A DNA stretch of 64,000 bases, from positions 1 through 64,000 of the forward strand of contig JANNVQ010000014.1 in the NCBI GenBank assembly GCA_031414535.1. The letters run 5' to 3'. Both the position numbers and the translations under genes were made by a program. The stretch is from Gemmatimonas sp. (GTDB taxonomy: Bacteria; Gemmatimonadota; Gemmatimonadetes; Gemmatimonadales; Gemmatimonadaceae). The notes under the pieces are model-generated. The model did not search any database. It saw only the letters and a list, made by a program, of their open reading frames with translations, and was not told where the DNA came from. Shown here one piece after another: positions 63,394 through 64,000 of the stretch (positions are counted from its first letter, which is position 1; each line of letters opens with the position of its first letter).

Positions 63394-64000
63394 ATGCGGA
63401 TCGCGCGCGCGCAGACCAAAGGCGAAGAAATTGCTAACAGTATTGTCCACGGCATGGGACTTGCCCTCAGTGTCGTGGCGCTTGTTGTATTGGTGGTGAA
63501 GTCCGCACAGATGGATCGCGCGATACTCGTGGTGGCGAGCGCGGTATTCGGTGCGACAATGGTAGCGCTGTACCTCGCGTCCACCATTTATCACGCGTTG
63601 CCGCCAGGACCGAACAAGAGCCTGTTCCGCGTCATCGACCACTCGGCGATTTATCTCTTGATTGCTGGTACGTACACGCCGTTTGCGCTTGGCCCCCTGC
63701 GCGGACCGTGGGGCTGGACCCTGCTCGGTTCCGTGTGGGCCCTCGCCGCGCTCGGCATCATCACCAAGGTGAAGCTGGGATTCATCTATCCACGCCTCTC
63801 CACCGGTCTGTACGTCGCGATGGGGTGGATGGGAATCCTTGTGGTGAAGCCTTTGCTCGATAGCATGCCAGCAGGTGGATTGTGGTGGCTGTTGGCCGGC
63901 GGCGTCTGCTACACCGGCGGTGTGCTCTTCTTCGTGAAGGATGCACAGCTAAAGTTCGGCCACGCCTTGTGGCACGTGTGCGTGGTGGCTGGGACCTTAT
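63394..64000 (+). CDS. Hemolysin III/PAQR-family membrane protein (runs off the window)
   Basis: EEIANSIVHG, STIYHA, DHSAIYLLIAGTYTP, HALWH. Confidence 0.92.
   Translation, partial: MRIARAQTKGEEIANSIVHGMGLALSVVALVVLVVKSAQMDRAILVVASAVFGATMVALYLASTIYHALPPGPNKSLFRVIDHSAIYLLIAGTYTPFALGPLRGPWGWTLLGSVWALAALGIITKVKLGFIYPRLSTGLYVAMGWMGILVVKPLLDSMPAGGLWWLLAGGVCYTGGVLFFVKDAQLKFGHALWHVCVVAGTL

Overview
GC-rich bacterial chromosomal segment. The gene mix (BTAD-TPR regulator, Tat/lipoprotein hydrolases, several CckA-like hybrid kinases) suggests Gemmatimonadota; this is an inference. About 45 CDS are supported: MscS plus porin, a kaiC-kaiB-PAS hybrid kinase operon with no kaiA, mntH-usp, a CopB-type ATPase with a coupled 42-aa membrane peptide, a disrupted cheB-cheR fusion with its kinase, matB-matC-mmuM, an amidohydrolase-PQQ dehydrogenase fusion divergent from a Tat partner/GMC oxidoreductase pair, a BTAD regulator next to SARP-like 11-bp-period repeats, an Lgt-like protein fused to a beta-rich domain, and a frameshifted cyclic beta-1,2-glucan synthase. 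Many spacers are fossils of deleted genes (MscS, SnoaL, DJ-1, WYL, FG-GAP, CHASE3-PAS, alpha/beta hydrolase, VOC), indicating deletion-driven erosion or assembly artefacts. I recognised no rRNA, tRNA, CRISPR array, transposase or integrase. All assignments come from motif recognition by eye, not database searches.
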